64,000 bases of DNA from Octopus vulgaris (GCA_951406725.2 OX597819.1:39432001-39496000); one strand, 5' to 3'. Positions 28,522 through 42,169 are shown, counted from the first letter of the stretch. Program-made: numbers and translations. The notes: a model not told the origin generated them from the sequence alone.

Positions 28522-28775
28522 TTTTATCCTTTTACTTGATCCAGATATTTGACTGCAGCCATGCTGGAGCACCGCCTTTAGTCGAACAAATCAACTGCAG
28601 GACTTATTCTTTGTAAGCCTAGTACTTATTCTATGGGATCTTTTGCCGAACAGCTAGGTCACGGGAACGTAAACACAAGAACAAGCGATGAGGGGGTGGG
28701 GGCAAACAGACATACAAATACATACATATATATATGTATACATATACGACGGGATTCTTACAGTTTCTGTCTACA
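28522..28775 (-). mobile_element. SINE family 1, 3' half
   Basis: Tail motifs match family 1. Confidence 0.7.
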
Positions 28776-28893
28776 GTTTCTGTGAACGAGATATTATCAT
28801 CACTTTACAAAATAAAAAAAAACTAATGGAAACTATGTTTCCTTCATTTGATTGGAGCATCGACAATCATCATCACTATATGTGTGTGTTTGT

Positions 28894-28960
<67 letters not shown>

Positions 28961-29011
28961 AGTGTGTGGGGTATGTGTTTGTGTAAATATATATATATAT
29001 ATATATATATA

Positions 29012-29160
29012 TAGGGAGAATTTACGAAAATAACAAAAGACGAAGAGAGGTGGTGTACAAAACAAACAGATGTATTAGTATAACGCTCAGGAGTAGAAAA
29101 AGTCTTTTACGTTTCGAGCCTACGCTCTTCTACAGAAAGGTACACAGAAAAAACAAGGAG
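29012..29160 (-). mobile_element. Short dispersed repeat carrying a hammerhead-like motif (Penelope-like pLTR type)
   Basis: Related copies at 35253-35296, 59272-59381 and 63900-64000, all next to TA/CA-rich sequence. Confidence 0.7.
29104..29139 (-). ncRNA. Minimal hammerhead-like motif with variant core CUGUAGA
   Basis: CTTT-CTGTAGA-A-GAGC-gtag-GCTC-GAAAC-GTA^AAAG. Stems I and II pair; stem III is the loopless palindrome ACGT. Confidence 0.55.
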
Positions 29161-29254
29161 AGAAAAAAAAAGGAGACAAAAAAGGAGACAAAAAAGGAGA
29201 GAAAAAAAGAGAGAAACAAGGAGAGAAAAAAGGAGAGAAAAAGGAGAGAAAAAG

Positions 29255-29321
<67 letters not shown>

Positions 29322-29502
29322 CTATAATTATGAGTATAATTATAATTAGGGTTCATCAAAATTTGCTTCACCACATACCGAAATTTAAAAATAGCAGTTA
29401 AACTACAATTTCACTACCATAAGAAAAATCTCCCAAACAGCAATACTCAACAACTTATGCAGATAAAGAGAAAAAATAACCAATCCACCCGGCTCTGATG
29501 AT

Positions 29503-29590
29503 TAACTGTATACGCGTTTCGGAGTTACAGAGATGTGAAAAATTGTAAAATCGTATTTCTACTCTCTCAATTTCCTCTTCAGTACAGTTA
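29503..29590 (-). ncRNA. Type I hammerhead ribozyme motif with all three helices
   Basis: TAACTGTA-CTGAAGA-GGA...TCC-GAAAC-GC-GTA^TACAGTTA. Perfect 8-bp stem I, intact core, palindromic ACGCGT stem III. Confidence 0.8.
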
Positions 29591-29745
29591 TTCAAGATTT
29601 TAAATTTGAGAGCACTGATAATTAACATACTTATCTGATCAAGCGACATCAGACAACGTACATCCAACGACCAGTACTTTCAAATTAAAATATATATACA
29701 TGTGAAGAATAAGGAAAAGAAAAATTGTCGGTAATATATCTATAT

Positions 29746-29840
29746 GACCAATCTCATCAATTGGTTTTCGCACTGGGCATCAAACTAGATGTTAGACAAC
29801 AACACAGTTATGTAAAAACACATGCTCGTCAGGGCTAACA
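29746..29840 (-). ncRNA. Hammerhead motif lacking the 3' strand of stem I
   Basis: CTGACGA-GCA...TGC-GAAA-ACCAAT-tgatgag-ATTGGT-C^. One extra A in the core; complementarity stops at GUC. Confidence 0.5.
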
Positions 29841-30095
29841 GGTATGAAAAAAATATGGTGACTGCACACTTCGATTAATGTACCCAGTCTATTGGCAAAT
29901 ATACGAGTGCAAGCGGATTTGTATTGATTTCCATAAGAGTTCAACTGCCTTAATGATATCTACCGAAGAAAAAAGATAGTTTTGGTCGAACAGCTCAATG
30001 GCTGCTACAGATATATCAATGATATTTTTTATTTCTAATTATGGGTACTTTGAATATTCGCCGGGGAAAATATATCCCGTGACTCCGTAAAAAAG

Positions 30096-30155
<60 letters not shown>

Positions 30156-30308
30156 TCATACATACATACACACACACACACATATGTAAACAAACAAACA
30201 TACATGCATACATACATACACATACGTACGTACATACATACATACATACATACATACATACATACATACATACATACATACATACATACATACATACATA
30301 CATACATG

Positions 30309-30986
30309 CAGGGTGGGTGAAAAGTAGGTAGGCATTAAAAATTGGTAATAAAATCCATTTGAAACAAATGATACATGTTCTTTTTTTACATGGGAAAATG
30401 AAAGTATATCTTTATATATTTCAACGTAAGCACCGATGACATCAACCAGTTTCCTCAAACGGCCAGGGATGGAATGAATACCCTTCTGAAGGACGTCGTC
30501 CGAGATATCATTAAGAACCTCCTGAATCCGTGTCTCCAAGTCCTCCAGTATGTTAGGTTTTCTCTTGTACATCTCTTTTGTGTAACCTCACAGATAAGAA
30601 TCACATGGAGTGAGATCTGGACTTGGAGTTCTGGACTTCTGGAATTCTGCACTCACAGTCTTCAGGTTTTAGCTCCTGCACGTAATCGGGCTTCCACGGA
30701 CGAAAATTCAATTCTTTATGCAACACCATATGTATTGTGCCATGTTAGTCCACTTGTACGAGATGCTTGACGTGTTGATTTTTGTGCGCTGCAATTAAAC
30801 ATTTCCTGCACTGTTGCCACGTTCTTTGCTGACCGAGATGTAGTTGGACAGCCACTTCTTGCATCGTTCACAGAGCCCGTGGTCATCAGCTTTGCATGAT
30901 TTTTATTGTCTCTGTACGTAGTGTTGCATGCTTACTATTCCATGCACGCTATCATCTTTGAACCAGAGCAATGGAATTCCACACTT
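30309..30986 (-). mobile_element. Tc1/mariner (maT/rosa-like, CAGGGTG TIR) deletion derivative
   Basis: TIR CAGGGTGGGTGAAAAGT at 30309. Remnants of SPDL...D.YL.GY and [20 protein letters not shown]. Confidence 0.8.
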
Positions 30987-30988
30987 CA

Positions 30989-31700
30989 TAGGGTGGGTGG
31001 AAAGTAACTAGGTACTAGAAATTGCTTATAGAATTTTTAGTATTACTGAAGTCATGACGAAAACATTTTATAAACAGACAACACTAATGGGTATTTCTTA
31101 TTGTCTTACTTCTTATTTCTTATTTTCCAGATGACCGGTCGCTAAGATAGCAGCACGCTATTAAGTGTGGAATTCCATTGTTTTGGTTCAGAGATGATGG
31201 CGTGCATCGAAAGGTAAGCATGCAACACGACGTCCGGAGACAGTAAAAAGTTGTCATGCAAAGCTGATGACCACGGGCTTTGTGAACGATGCAAGAAGTG
31301 GTTTTCCAACTACATTCCGATCAGCGGAGAACGTGGCAACAGTGCAGGAAATGTTTAGTCGCAGTGCGCAAAAATCAACACGTCAAGCAGCTCGTGAAAG
31401 TGGCCTAACATGACACATAATACGTACGATGTTGCATAAAGAATTGAATTTTCGTCCGTAGGGACCCCATTAAGTACAGGAACTAAAGCCTGAAGACTGT
31501 GAGTGCAGAAGTCCAGAACTCGAAGAAGTCCAGATCTCATTCTATGTGATTTTTACCTGTTGGGTTACACAAAAGAGGTATACAAGAGAAAACCTCGCAC
31601 ACTGGAGGACTTGGAGACACGGATTCAGGATTTCCTTCAATCCTTGGTCATTTTAGGAAACTGGTTGACGCCACCGGTGCTTACGTTGAAATATGAAGAT
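30989..31700 (+). mobile_element. Second copy of the same family, opposite orientation, 3' end lost
   Basis: TIR-like TAGGGTGGGTGGAAAGT. SPDLILCDFYLLGYTKEVYKRKPRTLEDL. 31163-31700 mirrors 30407-30986. Confidence 0.8.
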
Positions 31701-32203
31701 GAGGGAGGGGAGGCGAATCTCCAGGTCACAGAGAAGACGTACCCTCCCCCAGTCGAGAAGAAAAAAACAGAGGAAGAGGAGGAGAAACGGGACATTGCCG
31801 ACAGTCGGAGACATGAGGCCGGAATGTCAAGGAGTCTCGTCGGTTGTGCCACCGGAGGGGGGAGACACCATTGGCGGGAATTGTGCCGCCAACGGTAAAA
31901 TTGACCGACCCGGACCCGATGGACCTGAAACTGTTGGTCTTTTTTTATAGAGGCGGAGAGGTGGAAAAGATAGTGAAAGAACACTACGAGAGAATGCCTT
32001 TGGCCTTCACACAGGACTCCGAATGGCCTCCGCAGATAGCTGTGGAGGTCATAACGTTACGCCTGTTTATGATGCTGAAGGGACTAAAAGAGGAATATCG
32101 TTCGTGGCCGGGTGACGCCAACTCGGACCCCACCTTGATTTTAAACGAAGCTTGGGCTATGGCGGAATACACGGACACAAACAATTATGAGGTGGAAAAT
32201 TGA
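31701..32203 (+). pseudogene. GC-rich frameshifted ORF of unknown identity, probably retroelement-derived
   Basis: Protein-like 119-aa final frame (LKLLVFFYRGGEVEKIVKEHYERM...), then a UTR-like stretch and an A-run at about 32390. No family recognised. Confidence 0.4.
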
Positions 32204-32545
32204 CAAGAGGTTGAAAAGCCTCAGTGTTATAATGTTTAAGAGGCTCAGCGCCTCATTTGTAAATGGACTAGTGTTGATTGTATATTGAATATTTCATTGT
32301 ATATTATTGCATGTTATTGACCATTAAGTCCAATAATTGTAAAAACTGTAGTAAGATGTTCAATACCTCACTTTGTTTATTCTGTTTTTAAAAAAGAACA
32401 ATGTTTTAGAGAAGAAAAAATCGGCGGGCGTTTTTGCTTTTTTTCATCAATATCATCCTTATTTCATCATTCACCTCATCACTGTATATGTCTAGCCCGC
32501 AGCTATTCTTTGTAATGCCTTTATGGCAAATTTTTATGAAATAAA

Positions 32546-32691
32546 GTAGTTTGCTTACCAACCACATGGTTCCGGGATCAGACCCACTGCGTGACACCTT
32601 GGGCAAGTGTCTTCTACTATAGCCACGGGCCGACCAAAGACTTGTGAGTGGATTTCGTTGACGGAAACTGAAAGAATCCCATAAGTCATAA

Positions 32692-32743
<52 letters not shown>

Positions 32744-32833
32744 TTCTGATTGAACTAGTACTTTCATGCATTGAATTCTGCAATCTTCGGGTTCATGTAG
32801 TAGTGTTGACAGTCATGCTTCACAATTTTTGAC

Positions 32834-32877
<44 letters not shown>

Positions 32878-33060
32878 ACCATCGCCTGACAACTGATGCT
32901 GGTGTGTTTACATCCCCGTAACTTAGCGGTTAGGCAAAAGAGACCGATGGAATAAGTACTAGGCTTACAAAGAATAAGTCCTGGGGTCGATTTGCTCGAC
33001 TAAAGGCGGTGCTCCAGCATGGCCGCAGTCAAATGACTGAAACAAGTAAAAGAAAAAAAG
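32546..33060 (+). mobile_element. SINE family 1 copy split by an insertion (about 32680-32845)
   Basis: Head half at 32546-32680, tail half at 32845-33060. Confidence 0.75.
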
Positions 33061-33072
33061 AATGCTTATAGG

Positions 33073-33510
33073 AAAGGCAGCTAGCTGGCAGAATCGTTGT
33101 TGCGCAGGAAACAATTGCTTAGCGGCTTTTCATTTAAATTTATGTCCTGTCTTCAAGTGACGCCGAGGTCGACTTTGTCTTTCATCCTTTCGGGGTCAAT
33201 AGAATAAGTTCCAGTTGATCACTGGAATCGATATAATCGACTTACACTCTAAGCCGAAATTACTGGCCTTGTACCAAAATCAAAGCCACTTATTTGAAGA
33301 CGGCCAGCTTGCAGAATCGTTAGCACGCCTGGTGAAACGCTTATCGGCATTTCGTCTGTCTTCTTGTTCTGAGTTCAAATGTCACCGAGGTCGACTTCAC
33401 CTTTCATCCTTCCAGGGTCAATAAAATAAGTATCAGATGAGCACTGGGGTCGATGTAATCAATTTACACCATCGGCCGAACATGCTGGGTTTGTACTAAA
33501 ATTTGACATC
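33073..33510 (+). mobile_element. Two tandem SINE family 2 copies
   Basis: Meta-like domain at about 33165-33215 and 33385-33440. Confidence 0.75.
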
Positions 33511-33616
33511 GTTTCAATGCTCGTGGTAAAATAGACAAATTGATTTATATATATATCACTGTTTGAGTTGCCCAATAGTGGTTTAATCTTTAATTTAATT
33601 TATATATATATATATA

Positions 33617-33925
33617 CTAGCAGTATCGCCCGGCATTGCTCGGGTTTGTTTCGACCCTTTAGAATTAGAATTTTTGAAAAGTAAAATTTTTTCATTAAGT
33701 GAACATTTTTCTGGTTGGAATACACCGAAAAATGGCAACACAGCAGTCAAAAAATCGTAAAGAATAGGGATATTCATAGAAAAAAAGCACTTCTTTGATG
33801 TAAACAATTTTTGGTCAACTTGCGCCGCAGGGTCTCGGAGGAGATAGGGTTAGTTGAAGGCTACCAAACCTGCCATACACAGACAACTTCAGCTTTATAT
33901 ATATATATATATATATATATACAGG

Positions 33926-33936
<11 letters not shown>
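33617..33936 (-). mobile_element. Non-autonomous Helitron-type element
   Basis: Minus-strand 3' end CCCGAGCAATGCCGGG-CGATACTG-CTAG|T. 5' TC end lies in the TA/GA repeat, so that boundary is approximate. Confidence 0.7.
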
Positions 33937-33957
<21 letters not shown>

Positions 33958-35046
33958 TAGATAGAGAGAGAGAGAGAGTGAGAAAAGAAGATGAATACTG
34001 GAAGAGTAAAGGTTGACGGTAAGAAAATGCTTATACACATGAATACATGCTGGCATATAATGAGGTATTTATATAAAATGAACTAATGAATGCTTGGGAT
34101 TTTTCAGGGATCTTAAGTGGGTGTTTGATATTCTTTTATCAAGAAATATTTCGGGGAAGATATTAAATCGATAAAAACGAAACATTTCCCTAATACTTAT
34201 ACAAGTATTTGATAATTGTTAAGTAAATATATTTATTGTTCAATTCATGCACTGGAATAGCCTTACGTATATATATATATATATACATTACATATGCGCG
34301 TATGAATGCATATGTATACGTGTCTATACATACATACATATATAAATACATACATATGTGCATGTGTGTATGTGAATATATATATGTATGATAGAATATG
34401 TATGGGCATACATATATACAATGAATCTTTCATTGATACCTATATATACAAAGTTATTCATCTTACACTACTCACTCTTTCGGATTGTACTCATTCGCAT
34501 GTATATAAGTGAATAACTGAAGGTGTATATATATATATATATTGAGAGAAAGAGAGAGAGAGAGAGAGAGATGTACACATGCGCGCACAAACACAAACAC
34601 ATATATGTATACATATATATATATACATATATATATTTACAGACACACACAAATATATACACACATACATATATACATACATACACACATACACACATAC
34701 ATACATACATGCAAACGCTTACATACATTGTTCTTTTAAGTCTGTGTTGGAACGAACTTTTGGGCAGAATAAAGCACGATTGTGAAAAAAAAAAACAGGA
34801 TCAAAAACATAAGAATGAAAAAAAGAGAGAATGCGAGAAAGAAAAGATAAAGAAAGAAATGGCGAAAGAGAGAAGTAAAATGGAGGATGGAGGAAAGGAC
34901 AGAGTGGGCAAATAATAATAGGATGAAAGAAGGGAAGAAAGAGAGAAATGAAGACGGGAAGGCAGGAAGAAGAAATCGAGAAAGAAGGATATATATATGA
35001 AATGTTTCCCGCATAATAATTTGTAAATTGAGTCCCTCCTCCTCAC

Positions 35047-35077
<31 letters not shown>

Positions 35078-35217
35078 TGTATGTATGTATGTATGTATGT
35101 ATGTATGTATGTATGTATGTATGTGTGCATATATATATGTACATACATACATGCATACATACATATATATATATGGATGTGTGTTTATGCATAGGTATGT
35201 ATATTTATGCATAGGTA

Positions 35218-35250
<33 letters not shown>

Positions 35251-35323
35251 GTACCACCTGTCTTCGTCTTTTGTTTTTTTGTGAATTCTCTCCCTGTATA
35301 TATATATATATAAATATATATAT

Positions 35324-35434
<111 letters not shown>

Positions 35435-36143
35435 TATGCACACACAATGCACACTCGCACACATATACACACTCATACATAAAGACAGAAAGAAAAAAAG
35501 GGAAAGTGCACTCTTTTACACCAATATAAACATGGTGAAAAGCCCGCAAAGAAATCGCCGAAATTTGGTTAAAAATGGGTATAAAATTATGAATACCCCA
35601 TCCATCGCTCCACCCCCGGTATCAATTCCCATTCAAAGAAATGAAAAATATAAATAAAATTATATAAAGAAGAAAAGCAACAACAACAACAGCAGTAACT
35701 ATAACAACAATAATATTCATAAACTGATAATAATAATAATAATAATGATAATAATAATAATGATAATAATAATGATAATAATAATAATAATAATAATAAA
35801 CGACGAAATTTTAAGCAAAATTGATAATAAAGTTATGAATAAAGAGCATAAAATAACTCAATCACAACAAGCCAGGAATTGACAACAAAGGTATGAGGAA
35901 TAAACAGTGGAACAATAGGCAAAAAGCTTAGTCTAAACAGATACATAGCGAGCTGTTGACATTTTGTCAGCCTTTCTCTACATTGAAATCCCATCGTTCA
36001 AAGCGTTGCTTGTCGTGATTCAAATGTGAAAAGATTCTGCCAAATTTTACCATTCTAATTTCAAAACAATTTCCTTCTTTTATGTATGTATGTACGTATG
36101 AATGTATATGTGCGTGAATGTATGCATATATGTATATATGTGC

Positions 36144-36207
<64 letters not shown>

Positions 36208-36439
36208 TCTATGCACACATGTATAGATATATTTGTATGTATGCATGTGTATGTATGCAAGTAAGCATGTTTGTGTACATGCATGTATGAATGTATATTA
36301 GTTTGTATGTATGTGACGATGTATGTTCTGCTTTTATTTTTTAAAAGTTTTCACCAATAGAGAAAAAAGCCGGCATCGTACCCATAAATAAGATTCCTTC
36401 GCAGGAATCTAGATCACAACAACTATGTGTCATGGTGTG

Positions 36440-36473
<34 letters not shown>

Positions 36474-36736
36474 TGTATGTATGTATGTATGTATGTATGT
36501 ATCTGTGTGTGTGTGTGCGTGTATGTGTGTATGTATGTACGTGTGCAAATATGCAGGTCATTGCTTACGTAAGATCTGTGTATTTTCATTTATGTATGTG
36601 TAAATGTACATGTTTCCATATATGTACGAGAAAGTATGATGAACTTATTACATATTAAATTTCTGAAATATTTTATGTGTTTCTACTGTTGTATAAATGA
36701 TTTGCATTATAAAAACAAATTCTTAATTAATTGTAC

Positions 36737-36948
36737 CTCTTTTACTCTTGATTCTTTTACTTGTTTCAGTCATTTGACTGCGGCCATGCTGGAGCACCGC
36801 CTTTAATCGAGAAACTTATTCTTTTGTAGCCCAGTACTTATTCTATCGGTCTCTTTTGCCGAACCGCTAAGTAACGGGGACATAAACACACCAGCATCGG
36901 TTGTCAAGCAATGCTAGGGGGACAAACACAGACACACAAACACACACA

Positions 36949-36995
<47 letters not shown>

Positions 36996-37158
36996 GACGG
37001 GCTTCTTTCAGTTTCCGTCTACCAAATCCACTCACAAGGCTTTGGTCGGCCCGAGGCTATAGTAGAAGACACTTGCCCAAGGTGCCACGCAGTGGGACTG
37101 AACCCGGAACCATGTGGTTGGTTAGCAAGCTACTTACCACACAGCCACTCTTGCGCCT
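36737..37158 (-). mobile_element. SINE family 1, full-length copy
   Basis: Very similar to the reverse complement of 14165-14627. Confidence 0.85.
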
Positions 37159-40100
37159 TTTCTTTACCATGAAACACTTTTCTCTACCATGAAACACTTT
37201 CTCACGATAGGTACTGGGGCAGTTGGATGCACTACCGAGTGGTCAAATACTAATGTTATAATCTGGATGGAGTATCTGCAGATGGCGCGTTGCTTAGATG
37301 GATGTGAGAGCAACCGGAAGTGAAAAGAACTCTTCAGAAAGAGTATACAGTATTTATAGACAGATGACTGAACAAGGTTCAAAGTATTATTCTTTCCAAA
37401 CACAAAAGCAAAGGATATTATGAGTTAAGCAAGCGTATACCAAGTCAAAAGACATTTTGGTGCGTGTCTGTAAAAATTTCATATTTCAGATCTTGCATTA
37501 TATCCATTGGAATTTTAGTGCACGGTGAACATTTTCTCGGTTTAGTAATAACTGTCGAGTATACCTAAATGTGAAGCTCCTATTACGATATGTCTGTGCG
37601 TATCCAAAGAGGAACATGTGATCGGTCGTGTCTCTCAAAACCCGGTTATATTCAAAGAATGTGATTGTGCAATAATTTTAAGAATGAGCGAAGGAATAAC
37701 TGTGTTTGTTGGAACGCATTTTAAAGCTCTTCCCAGATAGACTCATGTAGGACTTCGAGGAAAATAAACTTAAGTGAGCCTTTTGCGCAATAAACAACAA
37801 ATGCCTGGACTTGTGCCAAAATTTGAAACCAATAAACAACAAATGTCAATCAAACACACAGTTATCACCAAGTAGGTGATACAAGGGTTAACACAGTTAC
37901 GGGTGGAAGAGGTATTTCAATTTTAGTTCTTATTGCTTATAAATAATTTAGTGCTGTGACTTCTGATACAAGCTGCGACAAAGTTCTGACAAGTAGAATA
38001 GCTTATCTTGATAAGGTTCTTGCTGTTGTGATACCTATTGTGTCAGAAAATAAACTATACACCTCTCCAAATCATTTTAAGTATGGCAGTACTCATAAAG
38101 TAACTCTTATAGAGATTTTTTAACTAGCTACTTTGCTTAGAACTTATAAAGACTTTCCTGATAAGGTCTAACGAGTCCACAGGTATTTTCATACTGCCAA
38201 GTGCGACAATCATTCCTACAGTGTATTTTATTTTTAATTGATTTAGATTTAAATTATCCATAAGTTTTTTGACAGAAAGTGATCAATAAGCTAATAACTA
38301 GTTCTTCTCACCATAAGAGTAATTTTATCTAATTTAATTATTTTTGTAATCGCAGTAATCGCTTAATTATGTTAGCCCCGATATACCTATCAGTCAAGTA
38401 GCTAACAGTCCAAACGAATTTTCTAGTGGTCCTAATTTGTTTCATCTGAATCCTGGCGTACAGGCCTTAATAGAATTCTTCAAGAAAGAATGCCACTAAA
38501 TTCTTCGTTGGTACTACCGGATACAATTTTTGTATCCGGTCTGTTTTTGAAAAACAGATCTACGATGAAAGATATTTCAGTTATGACCACTTCGTTTTTT
38601 TCTGCAGACATAGTGTCTAAGGCCTCTATCGATCAGAGTTGACTATACATCTACACTTGGTACTGACCGGTGGAAAATTTTTAAGAAACATTAGGTGTTC
38701 ATGCAGCAAACCTCTTCTCCCCACGCCACTGATGTTATATCAGAAAAAGGCATGGACCGATACAACTTAGCACCAATATCATCACAAGCAAACTCAGAAC
38801 CTAAAGAACAGTTAAAAAAATATAGCAAGGTATTTTGTCCAACACTAACAATTCAGCAGGCTAATCGTTCGAGACGGGTATATTATTTGATCCCCTTTGG
38901 AGGATAAATGGTGAAGTTGACCTCCAAAGATTTGAACATAGAACATAAAGGGCCACAATAGATACCGCATGCTCGATTGGTTGGGAACTGAGCACTTGGC
39001 AACATTCAAAATGTTAGACGCTCAACCTAGATTAACTCTTTCAGAAGAGACCTATGATGAAAAGTGTTTCAGCCATGACCATCCGTTCTTTTTTGTAGGC
39101 GTAATGTATGTCTAAGGCCTTAGTCAATCAGAGTTGTCTATGCGTCTGCACTTGATATGGGTCTGCACAATGTTTCGAGTAAGTACGTGATTCGGCACTG
39201 TAACTCTACCAAAGAAACAAACTTCTGAAAGTATTACCAGGCAACAGACGATCACATATGCACACTGTCTAGAAATCTCTGCAGATGTTGTAGCCTCAGT
39301 GTATGTATAATTATTGCCAGTCATGCTAACCCAATATCTCTGCGTAGTGGATGATGCTACTAGTCGCTACCACATGAAGTAGAAGATCAGACTTTTTAAT
39401 CTAGTCTGGTTGGACATAGGACAAGAGAGGAAGGTTAAGTGGTAAAGCGATCAGGAAACAAGTCTGCCCGACCTTTCTGGAATAACTTCCTCGCAGTCTT
39501 TTTTGCAACGCTTAAACTCTCCTTGTGAATGTTGCAGACTCTAGTGTACCGCTTCCTCCAAACTGTCGAGCAAAGTGTCACTGATAAACAACTAACATCT
39601 ACTTGCAGACGGATTATACGTACGTACTCATCATGACTCATGAAAGACCAAATTATGCCTTTGTTGTCATGTCGCTCTTCTGCCTTCGGCGGAATTAAAG
39701 TGCTTCCATTTCTTTGTGTTTAAGAACACACGTTTCAGTGTCGAGAATGCAACCTTTGTATATTACGTAAAATATAAATAGCCAAGAGACATTTTCGCCG
39801 ATAACACATCGAATTCAATACCTTTCGAACACGCACATCTAAAGAGCCCACTAACGTTTCTTCTAACTGACTGTTGACTATTATTACGTCCATAATAAAC
39901 CTTACGAATTCTACATTAATCTTTTTCTTTAAAGAGATCCACCGCCTACAAGTAATAATTGTTCTAATCATCTACCACCGAACTACCTCACTGATATGAT
40001 AGCGTCGTGAACGATACATATAACATCGAGTAACTATCTGTCTCATTGTCACATTTAATTTACTGTACTTATGAACTCTTGATCTGCGTAGCAAGCAAGA

Positions 40101-40383
40101 TAAAAGTGTTGTCAGCCCACATTATACCCTTCTATTGAGCTAAAAATCCCACATAATCCAAGCAGGTATCTAAGATGCTACCTGTACTACACACTAACAT
40201 CAGTGAACAGGAACTTTTTGCAGGGCGCTTCTAGACGTATGAAGAAGTATGGCCACTCAACCCCAGTCGGAGCGGAAACGGTCACTAGTCTGCAGAGATA
40301 TGCCTTCGCTGCAGCTTACGTCAGAAACACTGATCTAATATCCAGCTCCGAAAAATTCGATATTAAATCAAGACCAAGACACA

Positions 40384-40475
<92 letters not shown>

Positions 40476-41846
40476 CACACACTCTATCTCTCTCTCACAC
40501 ACACACACACACAACCTAATGAATACACTGTCACTTCATACGATACGGGTCGACAGGCCAAGGCGTAAAATTCGTAATTACTTAGAGGTACACATGCTCT
40601 TTATATTCTGGTCTCGCTGATGGCTACTACATCTAAATGGAATGACCTAACATAGTTCAGTAAATGTTCTTATTTACAAATTGGTCCAGGTTCTGAGCAT
40701 TTATACATCTTACTCTTACGACTGACTTTTTAAACGGTGACAAATATATGAGTGGACTCTTACCTTTATTCCAGAAGCACAGGTAATTCGTTCATTTAGG
40801 TGACTTCGAAACTCCTTATTAACTTTATTTTGTTCACTGCTGGTGCTGGTGCTGGTGATGTTTTGAGGACAGGGTACACGTTTATTGTTCTTTTCGTTGA
40901 TGTTTGTGCTCTCCGCCCTCAGAGAAGATAAAGAAGGGATCTTATCCATAGTTGCAAATATTAGTAACGTTTCTATCTCTAGAGATCTCCCTTGACCAGA
41001 AATGGCCTGAACTCTTTGCATGAACACCACCCTGTACATAACTCCATGTCCCCCTACATGGCCTTGCTTTTTGCTTTTTGAGCCAAAAAATTAACTTAAC
41101 TTAACTTAACTTAACAGACTAGTTCTGCTTGAAGGCCTGAAATTGTTTCTGGTGCTATCAATACTCATCTACTTCTGCCGCCAGCATTTTCAGCTCCATT
41201 CTTGGTGGAACATCAAAGTGATATGATTTTGGTCATCTAGCAGTCGCCATATAGTAAGAAGATGAATTCTTCGGAGGCAAAACTTTACCTCATTACGGAG
41301 CAGAACTTGTACTCCGTGTACAAGTGCCTAAGCTTTTTAACATGTTTGTTATCCTTTACTCCTCTCCGAGAACCCCGATTGAGCGCTTTGAGTCATTCGT
41401 AGTTTTCAACGTATATTACTATACGTTATATTTTCCCATTCCTGCTGCTCTATGTTGTTGATGATAATGATGATGATAAAGATGATGATGATGATGATGA
41501 CGACGATAAGGACGACGATGATGACGACGACGGTGATAACACTATTACAGTTTTGTTGATTTCATGTTTTTTGTTTCTTTCAAATGTGTGTATCTTAAAA
41601 GTTTTTTCTCCTTCAATTTTTTTTCTCCTATCATGTCACAACACTACAACTTCCTCCCGCATCTCAAGTAAGACTTTCGTTTGTTCGCTATTTTGTTTTC
41701 CACGCGCAATTGTTTTTAGTTCAGTGACAAAGTTGTACGTAGCTTTGGCTGGCAACGGATTTTTTCCATTTATGTGAGTTACGCCCCTTTACAAAAATAT
41801 AATCCTCAGGAAATTATAGCCCCTTCGGGAAATTAAAATCTTATCA

Positions 41847-41900
<54 letters not shown>

Positions 41901-42091
41901 TATAATAATAATAATAATGAGAAGAAGAAGAAGAAGAAGAAGAAGAAGAAGAAGAAGAAGAAGAAGAAGAAGAAGAAGAAGAAGAAGAAGAAGAAGAAGG
42001 TTTCATTACCTGCCAGGAAGGCGTCGAATGAAAAACAATAGAAAGCCGAAACCTAAGATTTCAAACAGTTAGGTGGGTGTCACAGAGAGAC

Positions 42092-42169
<78 letters not shown>

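Noticed and set aside
29150-29255. Repeated AAGGAGA(C/G)AAAA units as a CRISPR-like array
   Set aside because: No unique spacers; a simple purine-rich tandem repeat in eukaryotic DNA.
39130-41340. Possible old LINE remnants (39260-39300 resembles 1690-1730; LLYG-like motif near 41250)
   Set aside because: Too decayed to assign a family or boundaries by eye.
42013-42055. Minus-strand 43-nt exon (cttag|...GGCAG|gtaatg)
   Set aside because: Not frame-preserving, and the same CAG could equally be an acceptor; ambiguous.
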